Positions 40,716-53,096 are shown, counted from the first letter of the stretch. The stretch is 64,000 nt of DNA from Eledone cirrhosa (GCA_964016885.1 OZ024746.1:90892001-90956000); one strand, 5' to 3'. Notes: a model not told the origin generated them from the letters alone. Translations and numbers: made by a program.

Positions 40716-40773
40716 ATAATATGATCATTTCAATGACCGGGTTCCATATGAATCCGGTGATATCATCAGGTAT
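40716..40773 (-). ncRNA. Hammerhead ribozyme (mirror copy)
   Basis: Reverse complement of 40950-41007. Confidence 0.7.
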
Positions 40774-40949
40774 TGGAATATAACAAAGGAATATGTAAAA
40801 AGCCATGGGTCCGAAAAACCATGGGTCCGAGAAACGGAGGGCGGCTGGCTGTGAAGCTAGTTGGTCAGCCGCCCTCTCTGTCTCTGGTTTCTCGGACCCA
40901 TGGTTTTTTCGGACCCATGGCTTTTTACATATTCCCTTGTTATATCCCA

Positions 40950-41007
40950 ATACCTGATGATATCACCGGATTCATATGGAACCCGGTCATTGAAATGATC
41001 ATATTAT
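40950..41007 (+). ncRNA. Hammerhead ribozyme with palindromic stem III (ATGATCAT)
   Basis: ATAC CTGATGA T ATCACCGG..CCGGTCAT T GAAA TGATCA TA TTAT; first stem I pair mismatched. Confidence 0.7.
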
Positions 41008-41099
41008 AATAAACCTTTCAAGGATTTACACCAGTCCAGCCTCCTGTTATTCCATTTATATATATATGTATCTATGTATGCATGTATGTATGTATGTAT

Positions 41100-41470
41100 G
41101 TATGTATGTATGTATGTATGTGTGTATCTATGTATGTATGATTATCATTGTGTGTGTATGTGTGTAGCGCACGCTCGATGTGGATTTGTAACTGTCGTCT
41201 GGTATGTGTAACCCACACAAATACCTACAAGAAAGCGACTCCTCCCACACACATATGAATATATATGATGTGTTTCTATGTATAATATGCATATAGGTTC
41301 ATGTATGTGAGTGTGTGTGTTGGATAATGTCTTTCTTGTAGGTATTTGTGTGGGTTACACATACCAGACGACAGTTACAAATCCACATCGAGCGTGCGGC
41401 TACACACATACACACACAATGATAATCATACATACATAGATACACACATACATACATACATACATACACA
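41100..41470. repeat. Inverted repeat (~135-bp arms)
   Basis: 41100-41235 vs 41330-41470 (CACGCTCGATGTGGATTTGTAACTGTCGTCTGG and its reverse complement). Confidence 0.85.
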
Positions 41471-41744
41471 CATACATACATAGATACATACATACATACA
41501 TACATACATACTTACATAGATACACACATAGATAGATAGATACATACATACACACATACACACATACATACATAGATACATACATACCTACATAGATACA
41601 CACATATATACATACATACCTACATAGATACATTCGTAGATACACACATACATACATACATACATACATACATACATACATACACATGTAAGCCCTCCAA
41701 GTGACAGGGTTTGAGGAGATAAGAAATGGAAGAGACAGGACGTT

Positions 41745-42387
41745 GAATATTATATGGTGTGTGTGTGTGTGGTTAGATGAATATGTTTACTAAACACACG
41801 TATATGGTGTGTGTGTGTGTGTGTATGTCTGGTTAGATGAATATGTTTACTAAACACACGTATATGGTGTGTGTGTGTGTGTGTGTCTGGTTAGATGAAT
41901 ATGTTTACTAAGCACACGTATATGGTGTGTGTGTGTGTGTAGTTAGATGAATATGTTTACTAAACAAACGTATATGGTGTGTGTGATTGTGTATGTGTCT
42001 GTAGTTAGATGAATGTTTACTAAACACACGTATATGGTGTATGTGAGTGAGTGTGTGTGTGTAGTTAGATGAATATGTTTACTAAACACACGTATATGGT
42101 GTGTGTGTATGTCTGGTTAGATGAATATGTTTACTAAACACACGTATATGGTGTGTGTGTGTGTGTGTAGTTAGATGAATATGTTTACTAAACACACGTA
42201 TATGGTGTGTGTGTGTGTGTAGTTAGATGAATATGTTTACTAAACACACGTATATGGTGTGTGTGAGTGAATGTGTGTGTGTGTGTGTGTATGTAGTTAG
42301 ATAAATATGTTTACTAAACACACGTATATGTTGTGTGTGTATGTGTGCGTGTAGTTAGATGAATATGTTTACTAAACACACGTATAT

Positions 42388-42427
<40 letters not shown>

Positions 42428-42575
42428 TGGTTAGATGAATATGTTTACTAAGCACACGTATATGGTGTGTGTGTGTATGTCTGTAGTTAGATGAATATGT
42501 TTACTAAGCACACGTATATGGTGTGTGTGTGTGTGTGTGTGGTTAGATGAATATGTTTACTAAGCACACGTATAT

Positions 42576-42607
<32 letters not shown>

Positions 42608-42643
42608 TGGTTAGATGAATATGTTTACTAAGCACACGTATAT

Positions 42644-42678
<35 letters not shown>

Positions 42679-42833
42679 TTAGATGAATGTTTACTAAACA
42701 CACGTATATGTTGTGTGTGTGTGAGTGTGTGTGTAGTTAGATGAATATGTTTACTAAACACACGTATATGGTGTGTGTGAGTGTGTGTGTGTGCGTGTAG
42801 TTAGATGAATATGTTTACTAAACACACGTATAT

Positions 42834-42891
<58 letters not shown>

Positions 42892-43312
42892 TGTGTGTAG
42901 TTAGATGAATATGTTTACTAAACACACGTATATGGTGTATGTGTGTGTGTGTATGTCTGTAGTTAGATGAATATGTTTACTAAACACACGTATATGGTGT
43001 GTGTGTGTATGTCTGTAGTTAGATGAATATGTTTACTAAACACACGTATATGGTGTTTGTGTGTGTGTGTGTGTGTGTGTATGTCTGTAGTTAGATGAAT
43101 ATGTTTACTAAACACACGTATATGGTGTGTGTGTGTGTATGTGTGTGTGAATGTCTGTAGTTAGATGAATATGTTTACTAAACACAAGTATATGGTGTGT
43201 GCGTGTGTGTGGTTAGATGAATATGTTTACTAAACATACGTATGAGGCGTGTGTGTGTGAGTGTGTGTGTATGTGTGTGTGTAGTTAGATGAATATGTTT
43301 ACTAAACACATA
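41745..43312. repeat. Composite minisatellite: ~25 copies of a 35-bp core separated by variable (GT)n
   Basis: Core GTTAGATGAATATGTTTACTAAACACACGTATATG. Confidence 0.95.
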
Positions 43313-43339
43313 CAGGTATACTTACACGCTTACACACAT

Positions 43340-43520
43340 GGTGGTGGTGGCGGGTGGTGATGGTGGTGGTGGTGGTGGGTGGTGATGGTGTTGGTGGTGA
43401 TGGTGGTGGTGGTGTGTGGTGGTGTGGTGGTGGGTGGTGATGTTGGTGGTGCTGGTGCTGGTGCTGGTGGTGGGTGGTGGTGTGTGGTGGTGGGTGGTGG
43501 TGGGTGGTGGTGTGTGGTGG
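43340..43520. repeat. (GGT)n-rich simple repeat
   Basis: Direct inspection. Confidence 0.9.
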
Positions 43521-43673
43521 CTTTTTTCGCTTAGGTGGTTAATGGCTTCTTAACCATCCTCTCAGTTTTGTATGGCCCTTTTAACTTGTGTTTATTGCAC
43601 TGGTATCTTCGTATCCATTGAGCGCTTGACAACACAAATCGGAAGTTGCCTTTCGCTAATTTCTACTCGCTAA

Positions 43674-43707
<34 letters not shown>

Positions 43708-43747
43708 GATATTAAATAAATGGAAACTATATTTATAAAACCATATT

Positions 43748-43813
43748 TATTTCATTATATATATTTCAGGGATATCATATTAAAAATATGTTATGCCTTC
43801 CTCAGACAAAATA
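43748..43813 (-). ncRNA. Type I hammerhead ribozyme (mirror copy)
   Basis: Reverse complement of 43933-43998. Confidence 0.82.
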
Positions 43814-43932
43814 CAATATAAACAGTCTTATAAATAGATAGATTCGACATACCTTTCAACATCGACTTTTCAAATTGAAGTCGATGTTGAAAGGTATGTC
43901 GAATCTATCTATTTATAAGACTGTTTATATTG

Positions 43933-43998
43933 TATTTTGTCTGAGGAAGGCATAACATATTTTTAATATGATATCCCTGAAATATATATAATGAAATA
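43933..43998 (+). ncRNA. Type I hammerhead ribozyme, intact core
   Basis: TATTTTGT CTGAGGA AGGcATAaCATATT ttt AATATGaTATcCCT GAAA TATATA TA ATGAAATA. Confidence 0.85.
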
Positions 43999-44144
43999 AA
44001 TATGGTTTTATAAATATAGTTTCCATTTATTTAATATCGTAAATATACTCCAAATACTTGTTGAGTGCTTTTATATCAGTTATAAATATTTACTCGTTGT
44101 TAACCCAACAATTTAAATAAAACTTTGCATATATATATATATAT

Positions 44145-44707
<563 letters not shown>

Positions 44708-44837
44708 GTAATACGTAATAAATTGAGTTCCGATGCATCACTGATTCTTCGTTTTCCATGTTATCATACTCTGCTCCGTAGGAGCATAGAGTGCTCAACC
44801 GGCATACCGCCTATGGACGCATCCTAGCAACCATATG

Positions 44838-44892
<55 letters not shown>

Positions 44893-44907
44893 TAATATGA
44901 TATAGTT

Positions 44908-44944
<37 letters not shown>

Positions 44945-44950
<6 letters not shown>

Positions 44951-45080
44951 CACCAACGTGAGGTATATGATTTTTAATGCAATGAAATATCTACGACCGT
45001 TGGCAAATCACTGATGAGGGACTCATTTTATAACATGTTATCCATGTGCAACCTGCAGTATTCTTCTCCCCATTTTTTCA
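44945..45080 (+). mobile_element. K-family element copy 3 (kink-turn at 44953-45003)
   Basis: CCAACG-TGA-GGTAT...ATATC-TAC-GA-C-CGTTGG then ATCACTGATGA; between (TA)n runs. Confidence 0.7.
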
Positions 45081-45162
45081 TATATATATATATACATATA
45101 TATATATAATATGATATAGTTTGATATATATGATATAGTTTGATATATATATATATATATAT

Positions 45163-45345
45163 AATTGTTTCTACTTTAGGCACAAGGCCAGCAATTAACC
45201 AGTTCATTACTGGTACTTTATTTTATCGACCCCGTAAGGATGAAAGGCAAAGTCAACCTCGGCGGGATTTGAACTCAGATCGTAAAGGGACGTAACTATG
45301 CCGGAAAGCATGGCGTCCGACCCTCTACCGATACTGCCAATCCAT
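45163..45345 (-). mobile_element. SINE family A
   Basis: Reverse complement of the family A sequence. Confidence 0.85.
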
Positions 45346-46442
45346 GATATAGTTTGATTCAGTGGAACGCATCCACGAATTTTTATATAGTCACTTACAT
45401 GTGATTGGCTAGCTGCCATCACCATTCTGCAGTTCTTTTACAACATCCTGCGTAGCTCACATTTTTATACTAAAAGACTTGCAATTTGCCTGGAATGTTT
45501 CTAAACCCCGTTTTTCAAAAAGGTCCGACAGACAAAGGATACGTAAGAAATAAGTGTATGTGTCAATGTAATTCCATGTTTAACAATGTTTATTACAAGA
45601 ATTGCGTCTGATGTGTCTCCTTCATCTTTTACCTTTGCCAACAACCCGATGTTCAATGACTCCACTATCAGTGTATTTCTTAAAACAATTACTTCCTTGT
45701 CTAGAGATGTATTGTGTATTTAAATAGTGATTCTCTCATCAATACTTCGACAATTAGTGTGAGGTTCACTCTTTTCGGAAAAAAGTCTAACAACACTGAA
45801 ACAGGACCAAACTTGTCTCCTGTAGTAACCAAAAATAAAACGAAAACAACTTTAGTCAATGACTTATATTGTTGTTTTTTCAACACCATTTAATTATTTC
45901 GTGTTAGCTTTTGATTCTCACAACATTAAATATTTGATCATAACCATTGAAGTCGATTTGATCGATGATACATTGATGGATTTCTCTAATAATAGGAAGT
46001 CTAACAATTGAGTTGTTCAGATGTAAACTCATTGCCAGATCAATTACATAGAACGTGGTACTCTATCACTACATGTAGAGTCTGTTAAAAACACTTGCAT
46101 ACTTTGTTTTGCCAGGATAATCAGGAAAACGATGGAGACGGTTTGGTAGAACAAAAAGACTTTTTGAATTTTACGGGATCTGTTTCTGTGTTAATGTGTT
46201 TGGGTGTAATATTAAAGAGAGTAGAATCAATTGAGGTGAAATAAGTGTGCCGTAATGTTATGAGGTGCGAGGCTAATGTTTTGTTGAGGGCCGATAGCCG
46301 GGGCCGATAGCCCGGGGCCGATAGCCCGGGGCCCAAGCCTTAAGTGTACTTTAAAGATGATGCTAACATTATTTGGACAATGCTGATGGAATATTTCCCA
46401 TATCATGCAGATATATATAATATATATGCTTTCGTCCTCAAC

Positions 46443-46612
46443 ATACTCAGTTGGAAAAAATGAGTTATATATTGTGTGACACTGAATCTCCCTTAGAAAT
46501 ATGTCAAACGTGCACGTGACTTGTATGTTCAGCTAGTTATACGTTAATTTCCTGATCAGGCTGTTTTATTGATTGAATCAACTTGAGCACACGTCATCGC
46601 AACCGACGGAGA
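46443..46612 (+). mobile_element. Degenerate SINE family C 3' half
   Basis: ACGTTAATTTCCTGATCAGGCTGTT...GCAACCGACGGAG matches the reverse complement of 11878-11950. Confidence 0.6.
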
Positions 46613-46715
46613 TCCACAGAAGCCGACAGACAAGAGTTTGTTTATTTAAGGAAAGGTAGAGGACAGGTAAGAAGAGGTAAAGTAAGGTAAAGAGAGACGG
46701 AGAGAGGTTGAGAAA

Positions 46716-46756
<41 letters not shown>

Positions 46757-48442
46757 ATACAGAGCGAGAGAGAGAGAGAGGGGGAGAGAGAGAGAGAGGG
46801 GATAAAGAGCGAGAGAGAGAGAGGGGGAGAGAGAGAGAGATGAGATGACGGAAAGTTTATTGTTCCATCGGAACAAAAGTGTTGAAACTATAGGAAAAGT
46901 TGTTTATTTCCTATATTTTGCCTATTGTTTTAGTTCTTATTGTCAGATTGCCACCATCTTGGCATCAACGATGTAACAAAGTTTTACCTCTTAATTCACT
47001 AAGCCTCTATCACACACATATATACATACTAATACACACAGACATACATACACACACACATACACACATGCATACTCACATACACACATACCCACACATG
47101 CATACACACACACACATACACACGCTCATATACACACACATATATACACACACACGCACATATACATACTCACACACATACACACACACACGCGCATACT
47201 CACATACACACATACTCACACATGTATGCACACACACACATACACACGCACATATACACACACACATGCACATATAATACACGCACAGACGTACATACAC
47301 ACACGTACGCATACACATACTTACATACATACTCACATACACACACACACACCCACACATGCATACATACACACACACATACATACATACATACATACAC
47401 ACATATACACACATACGTATACACATACACACATACGCATACACATACACACATGCATACATATACACACATACACACACATACACACATACACACACAT
47501 ACACACACATACACACACATACACACATACACACATACACACACACTATGTTTATCTCTTCTCAGCTTTCCTAGCTCCCTTCACTTTCTCTTACTTTACT
47601 CCAAACACGTGTGTGTGAGAGAGAGAGTGTGTGTGTGGATGAGGGGTAGCGTGTGAGAGTGTGTGTGGGGGGATGTAGTGTGTGTGTGTGAGAGAGAGTA
47701 TGTGGGGGGGGGGGTAGTGTATGTATGTGAGAGAGAGTGTGTGTGTGGGGGGGGGGGGTTAGTGTGTGTGTGTGTGTGTGTATGTCGAAGCGAGTGTGGT
47801 AAAGTAGTTAAGAAGCTACCTTCGGAATTATGAGGTCCTCAATTCGATTACACAGCCTTAGATGTTGAGTATTCGTGTCTGTGGAATACAGTGTTCAGTT
47901 AACGGAACAATTGGGTACTTATGGCCGATATGTGTGGCTGTGTGTATGTGGTGTGTGTTGTATGTGTGTGCTGTATGTGTATGTGTGTGTCTTTTGTCTT
48001 TTTTTAATTTCACTTTTATATTAATCTCCGCGATGCAAAGACAAGAAAATATCCGCCATTTCTTGTGCAGTCGTTCATCCTTTGAATCTTGAGAAAGTTT
48101 TACAGATTTTAAAATTTCCAGACATCTTAGAGCTGCGTTCTTTCTCCCAAACTTTATTTTCAGTCATAATTTGGTCGAGACTGGGAGGTTTGTTTCCTAT
48201 CGCTTCTTATTAATCTATATTATAACATCGCTGTCCGTCCGTCCGTCAGGCATTATGTCATGCTCACTTTATATAGAGAGGGGGATCGCCAAGTGAGAGA
48301 TATGTACATAGATAGAGAGAGGGAAGGGAACACCGTGTGTTTTTGAGGTGACAGAAAGAGGTAGATAGATAGAAAGTTATGACGTCACCCTCATCTCGCA
48401 AGAGATATGTACATGGATAAAGAGAGAAAAGGAACACCATTT

Positions 48443-48483
<41 letters not shown>

Positions 48484-48731
48484 AAGAGAGAGAGAGAGAG
48501 GAAGAGAGAGAGAGAGAGAGGGGAAGAGAGAGAGAATGTGTGTGTGTGTGTGTGTGTGTGTATAATAGAGGGGGATGGAGAAGACGGTGTTGCCACCATC
48601 CAGTAAGTATTAAACTAAACATGTATTTTTGGTATTTGATCTGTAAAGTGCACATAAATAATTAGTAGATATCCTCCTTCTTTTCTATCGTCCTTACTCC
48701 ATTGACATCGCGCGGGCAACTGGCTTCTTAC

Positions 48732-48912
48732 AACAATGCATGTTTTCCGTCAGTGGCCCCAAACAGTAGTATCGGTGAATACAAGACAGTGAATATAAGC
48801 CAACCACTCTCCAAATACTGATGAAGAGACTGTAAAAGCCTAGAAATGCTGATTAGACTATAGATTTGAGAACTTCCCCGTTCAAAGAACCCCGAAGAAG
48901 ATATGAGCAAAC
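48732..48912 (-). CDS. Candidate internal coding exon of an unidentified gene
   Basis: Minus: TTCTATTTTTTTAATCAG acceptor, 181 nt with one fully open frame (LLISSSGFFERGSSQIYSL...GWLIFTVLYSPILLFGATDGKHAL), GTAAGA donor; non-repetitive. Confidence 0.4.
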
Positions 48913-49299
48913 CTGATTAAAAAAATAGAAGGTAAAACTCAGAAATAGATCTGCATATACGTACATACCGCTACGTGAGATGTTGCGTGCATTCTTTGAC
49001 GTATTCCCCATATGTACTTTTTTTTTCTATTTTTTACGTATTTCTTGACGTAAAATTTCTTTGTGTATTCCCTGATGTACAGAATTATATGCATGTTTCT
49101 ATCTACTTTCCAAGTATTTTTGTACAGTTTCTTTTCATATGTGTGCGTACGCGTGTGTGTGTGTGTGGATGTGTGTGTGAGTGAGTGTGTGTATATATAT
49201 ATACACACACTCACACACACACATATATATATGTATATATATACATATATATATATATATTATATAGATAAGTGTGTATATATATAATATATATATATA

Positions 49300-49360
<61 letters not shown>

Positions 49361-49444
49361 AGTAGGCATGACTGACTGCATATGTACGCACGGGTATATG
49401 TATGTGAGTGTATGTGTGGGTGCGCATATATATGTATATATATA

Positions 49445-49599
<155 letters not shown>

Positions 49600-49781
49600 C
49601 CATCTCGCCGGCTGAAGACATTCGAGTTCCGCGTCTTTGATTTCAATTTTTATTTTCAAGGTTTCCCCTTCAAAAAATACTTTTTTTCGTTTTGCCTTGT
49701 TTTCGCTCATTGTCGTCTCTTTGTTAATTTTATTATATATATGTATGTATATATATAATATATATATACATATATAATATA

Positions 49782-50971
49782 CTAGCATTAAAGCCCGGCG
49801 TTGCTCGGGGTCATTAAGTTACCAAAGTTAGGTTGCACCACCCATTTTATGGCAGCACTTTTTTGTCTGCCAGGCACTGGGTGAATGAATTGCAGACCTG
49901 GAAGCATGAGCTGCGCCAACAGTGACAATTGTAGTTTCGCCTATGGATATTATCTCTGTGCAAAAAAGTGTTGAAATTTATTGTTTCACAGTACTTGCGC
50001 AACACGCGCGTAGACGGTGCCAGCCGAACAACAGAGCTGCGATGGAGTTGTTCTGCATGGTTGTCTAATGTGTGTTTTCTAAATTTAAGACAGTAGGGAG
50101 GCTTGTGATATGAGGGAGTGTTAGCTGTTGTTTCTAGCAGGTTTAGTGACCTCATAGAGGATATGTGTTTTCTAAATTTAAGACAGTAGGAGGGGTGTGA
50201 TATGAGGGAGAGTTAGCTGTTGTTTCTAGCAGGTTTAGTGACCTCATAGAGGATATGTGTTTTCTAAATTTAAGACAGTAGGGAGTGGTGTGATATGGGG
50301 GAGAGTTAGCTGTTGTTTCTAGCAGGTTTAGTGACCTCATAGAGGATATGTGTTTTCTAAATTTAAGACAGTAGGGAGTGGTGCGATATGGGGGAGAGTT
50401 AGCTGCTGTTTCTAGCAGGTTTAGTAACCTCATAGAAGATATGTTTTCTAAATTTAAGACAGTAGGGAGGGGTGTGATATGGGGGAGAGTTAGCTGCTGT
50501 TTTCTAGCAGGTTTAGTAACCTCATAGAGGATATGTGTTTTCTAAATTTAAGACAGTAGGGAGTGATATGGGGAGGGGTGTGATATGAGGGGGGGGGGAG
50601 TTAGCTGCTGTTTCTAGCAGGTTTAGTAACCTCATGGAGGATATGTGTTTTCTAAATTTAAGACAGTAGGGAGTGGTGTGAACGGACAGTATCACCATCA
50701 AGCTTGGAAAGAGAAAGTAGCAGAAAGTATGAAGTTGTATAGATTTTGAATGGTAGTAGAAAGAGTTCAGCAGTTTAAATGAGAGAGAAAAATCGTAAAA
50801 TATTGAGTTTTATCTATTTTTTGCGTAATTGTGGGTGAAATTGAAAAAATTATCTGCGTCAAGACGCAATCGAAACTATTTCGAATACTGAATTGTAAAT
50901 TTCAATTGAAGAAATTCTATATCGTAGATTTCTATAACGAAGGAGCATGACCACACACTGAGCTTTATAGA
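49782..50971 (-). mobile_element. Complete non-autonomous Helitron with internal tandem array
   Basis: Minus: A|TCTATAAAGCTCAGTGTG 5' end; 3' CCCGAGCAACGCCGGG hairpin then CTAG|T; inserted between A and T with no TSD. Confidence 0.85.
50068..50680. repeat. ~92-bp tandem repeat (~6.5 copies) inside the Helitron
   Basis: TGTTTTCTAAATTTAAGACAGTAGGGAG...GTTAGCTGTTGTTTCTAGCAGGTTTAGTGACCTCATAGAGGATATG. Confidence 0.95.
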
Positions 50972-51011
50972 TTATGATATACGTATGTATGTATATATAA
51001 TATATATATAT

Positions 51012-51122
51012 ATATTTATTAAAATAAGAGATTAAAGATTAAGCAAAGAATCGGTGCTTTCACCTTTAAGTTGAAAGCAGCGATTCTTTGCTTAAACTTT
51101 AATCTGTTATTTTAATAAATAT
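51012..51122. repeat. Short palindrome after (TA)n
   Basis: 51012-51062 vs 51072-51122. Confidence 0.8.
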
Positions 51123-51211
51123 TTGCTCTACGGTTCTTATATATTTGATATATATTTATCCTTATCGATCCCTCTGGATTTTAGTCTTCACATTTATTAT
51201 TATTACTATAT

Positions 51212-51266
<55 letters not shown>

Positions 51267-52094
51267 GAAAAATTGTTCCGGAGAAAATGGAAGAGGGAAG
51301 TTATAGAATAGGTAAGTCAAATGAGAGTAGGAGACAATAAAAAATAATAGAGAAAAAGATAAAATTAAAAAAAAATATATAAAATTAGATATTGAGAAAT
51401 AAATTTAAAAAAAAAAACATAAAAAAAAATAAACGAAAACAGTAGAGTCTAGAAACAGCTGTTATAATTAGTAGGTGTTGCTTGTACGGACAAAGCTATA
51501 GAAAAAGTTAATAAGTTGAGAATGGGAAATACTAAATAAGAAATTGTAGAAGTGGGTAGTGAAAAAATATATAATGCAAACTTTTCAGGGGTCTAACACA
51601 GCTGCTAAAAATAGTTAGTGAAGCGTATTCCTCCAATGCTATCTTGTAATTACAGGTTAATAAGTTGAGAATAGAAAATACTAAATAAGAAATTTTGAAA
51701 TTGTAGAGTTGGAGTAGTAACAAAAATGATACAAAATTACAGGGGTCTAACACATCTGCTATAAATAGTTAGTAAAGCGTATTCGGCCAATTCTATCTTA
51801 AAATTACAGGGGTGGGGGTACTGAGATGTGTGTATGAGGGTATGTGTGCGGTCGTATAGTTATCGTTACGTGGGTGTGAACTAACGTATACGTATCCTGT
51901 ACACCTTTACGTGTACATATCGATGAGTGATTGTGTTAACGTGTGCTTATGTCTGTGTATGAGTCACTGCGACTATCTGCGTGTTTCTGAATTCGTGTGT
52001 GCGTGTGTGCATGAGGAAGGGAGCAAAAATAAGGCGTGAAAAAGAGACAGCAGGGGAAAAAAGAGAATGAGAGAGAGAGAGAAGGAGAGAGAGT

Positions 52095-52165
<71 letters not shown>

Positions 52166-52309
52166 AGAGAGAGAGAGAGAGGGCGTATATGGATGGGTGT
52201 GTTTGTGAATGCGAGGGAAAAGGGAGGGGTAAATAGTTGTGTGTGTCTGGGTGTGTATGTTGCTATAGCCGTGTAGAGAAGCTGTATAACAACTTTCAAA
52301 GGGTTATGA

Positions 52310-52760
52310 AATAGAAGTGACGTGCAGTGACTCGTTCTCCGTCGTCCAGTCGCTTAGATCACTAACCCGCAATGTGGAGGAGATAGTCAACTACAATGGC
52401 CTCACCGACCGCTTCCTCTTTGTACTGGGCACCGTCGGGACATCTGATGTCCTTGGGCCGCCACACTGCTCATTCCCTCCGTAAAGAGGGCTGCCTGTTT
52501 GAGGAGGGTAACCCGTGAAGTGACGGTTGCAGCGGCTGTCTCTAGCTAGTCTCCACTGTAACACTTTTGCTGTTTTGTCCTTGGGGCACGGCTGAGGCAC
52601 GGCTGAGGCACCGCTCAGACTGGGGTGTAGTGCCTGTCTTTTTCCTTCTCTCTTTCTTTCGTTGCTTCATCTTTCCTTTTCTCCTTTTCCTTTTCGTTTT
52701 CTCCTCCCTTTTCTGCCCCCTTTAATGCGGTCTTTATAAGCCACTGCATACTTAAATAGA
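52310..52760 (+). mobile_element. Old CRE-clade 3' fragment
   Basis: YNGLTDRFLFV..TVGTS.VLGP...LQRLSLA....NTFAVL across frameshifts. Confidence 0.55.
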
Positions 52761-53062
52761 AACATATCTACATGGAAGATACACAGTTGAAGATCAACAA
52801 ATCGTTCCACGTATAAGACTCGTTCCACGTATAAGACTCATAACATTTCTCTGCATATGTACACACAAACACAGACACACACGTGCGCGCGCTCACATAC
52901 ACATACATGCACATATATGTATAAATATATTTATACACACACATGTACACACAGATATACGTGCGTGTACACACGTGGATGTGAGTGTGTGTGTATAAAC
53001 ATATTTATACACAAACACTCACTCACATACATATACACACATATCTATTGTGAGAAAGAGAA

Positions 53063-53095
<33 letters not shown>

Positions 53096-53096
53096 G

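Larger units (their letters stand above)
40520..41058. mobile_element. Fold-back HHR element (family H2), copy A' in opposite orientation to A
   Basis: Arms ~40662-40833/40888-41059; HHRs at 40716-40773 (-) and 40950-41007 (+); 40535-40665 is the reverse complement of 39580-39712. Confidence 0.85.
43705..44130. mobile_element. Fold-back HHR element (family H1), opposite orientation to 38672-39150
   Basis: Arms 43705-43868/43878-44041 essentially perfect; extension 44042-44130 is homologous to the reverse complement of 38672-38762. Confidence 0.88.

Noticed and set aside
41745-43312. CRISPR array
   Set aside because: Spacers are (GT)n microsatellite rather than unique sequence; eukaryotic context; no cas genes
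45393-46130. Degenerate cadherin-like exon on minus (LDKE..LIVE..DAILVINI; GTAAGT at 45393-45398)
   Set aside because: Stops in all frames and resemblance too weak to support without a profile search
46288-46334. Three copies of the GC-rich 13-14-mer GGGCCGATAGCC(C)G as a regulatory site
   Set aside because: Most simply a local slippage duplication; no supporting context
48815-48865. CTGATGA...GAAA hammerhead candidate
   Set aside because: Stems I-III cannot be drawn convincingly; lies antisense to the candidate exon
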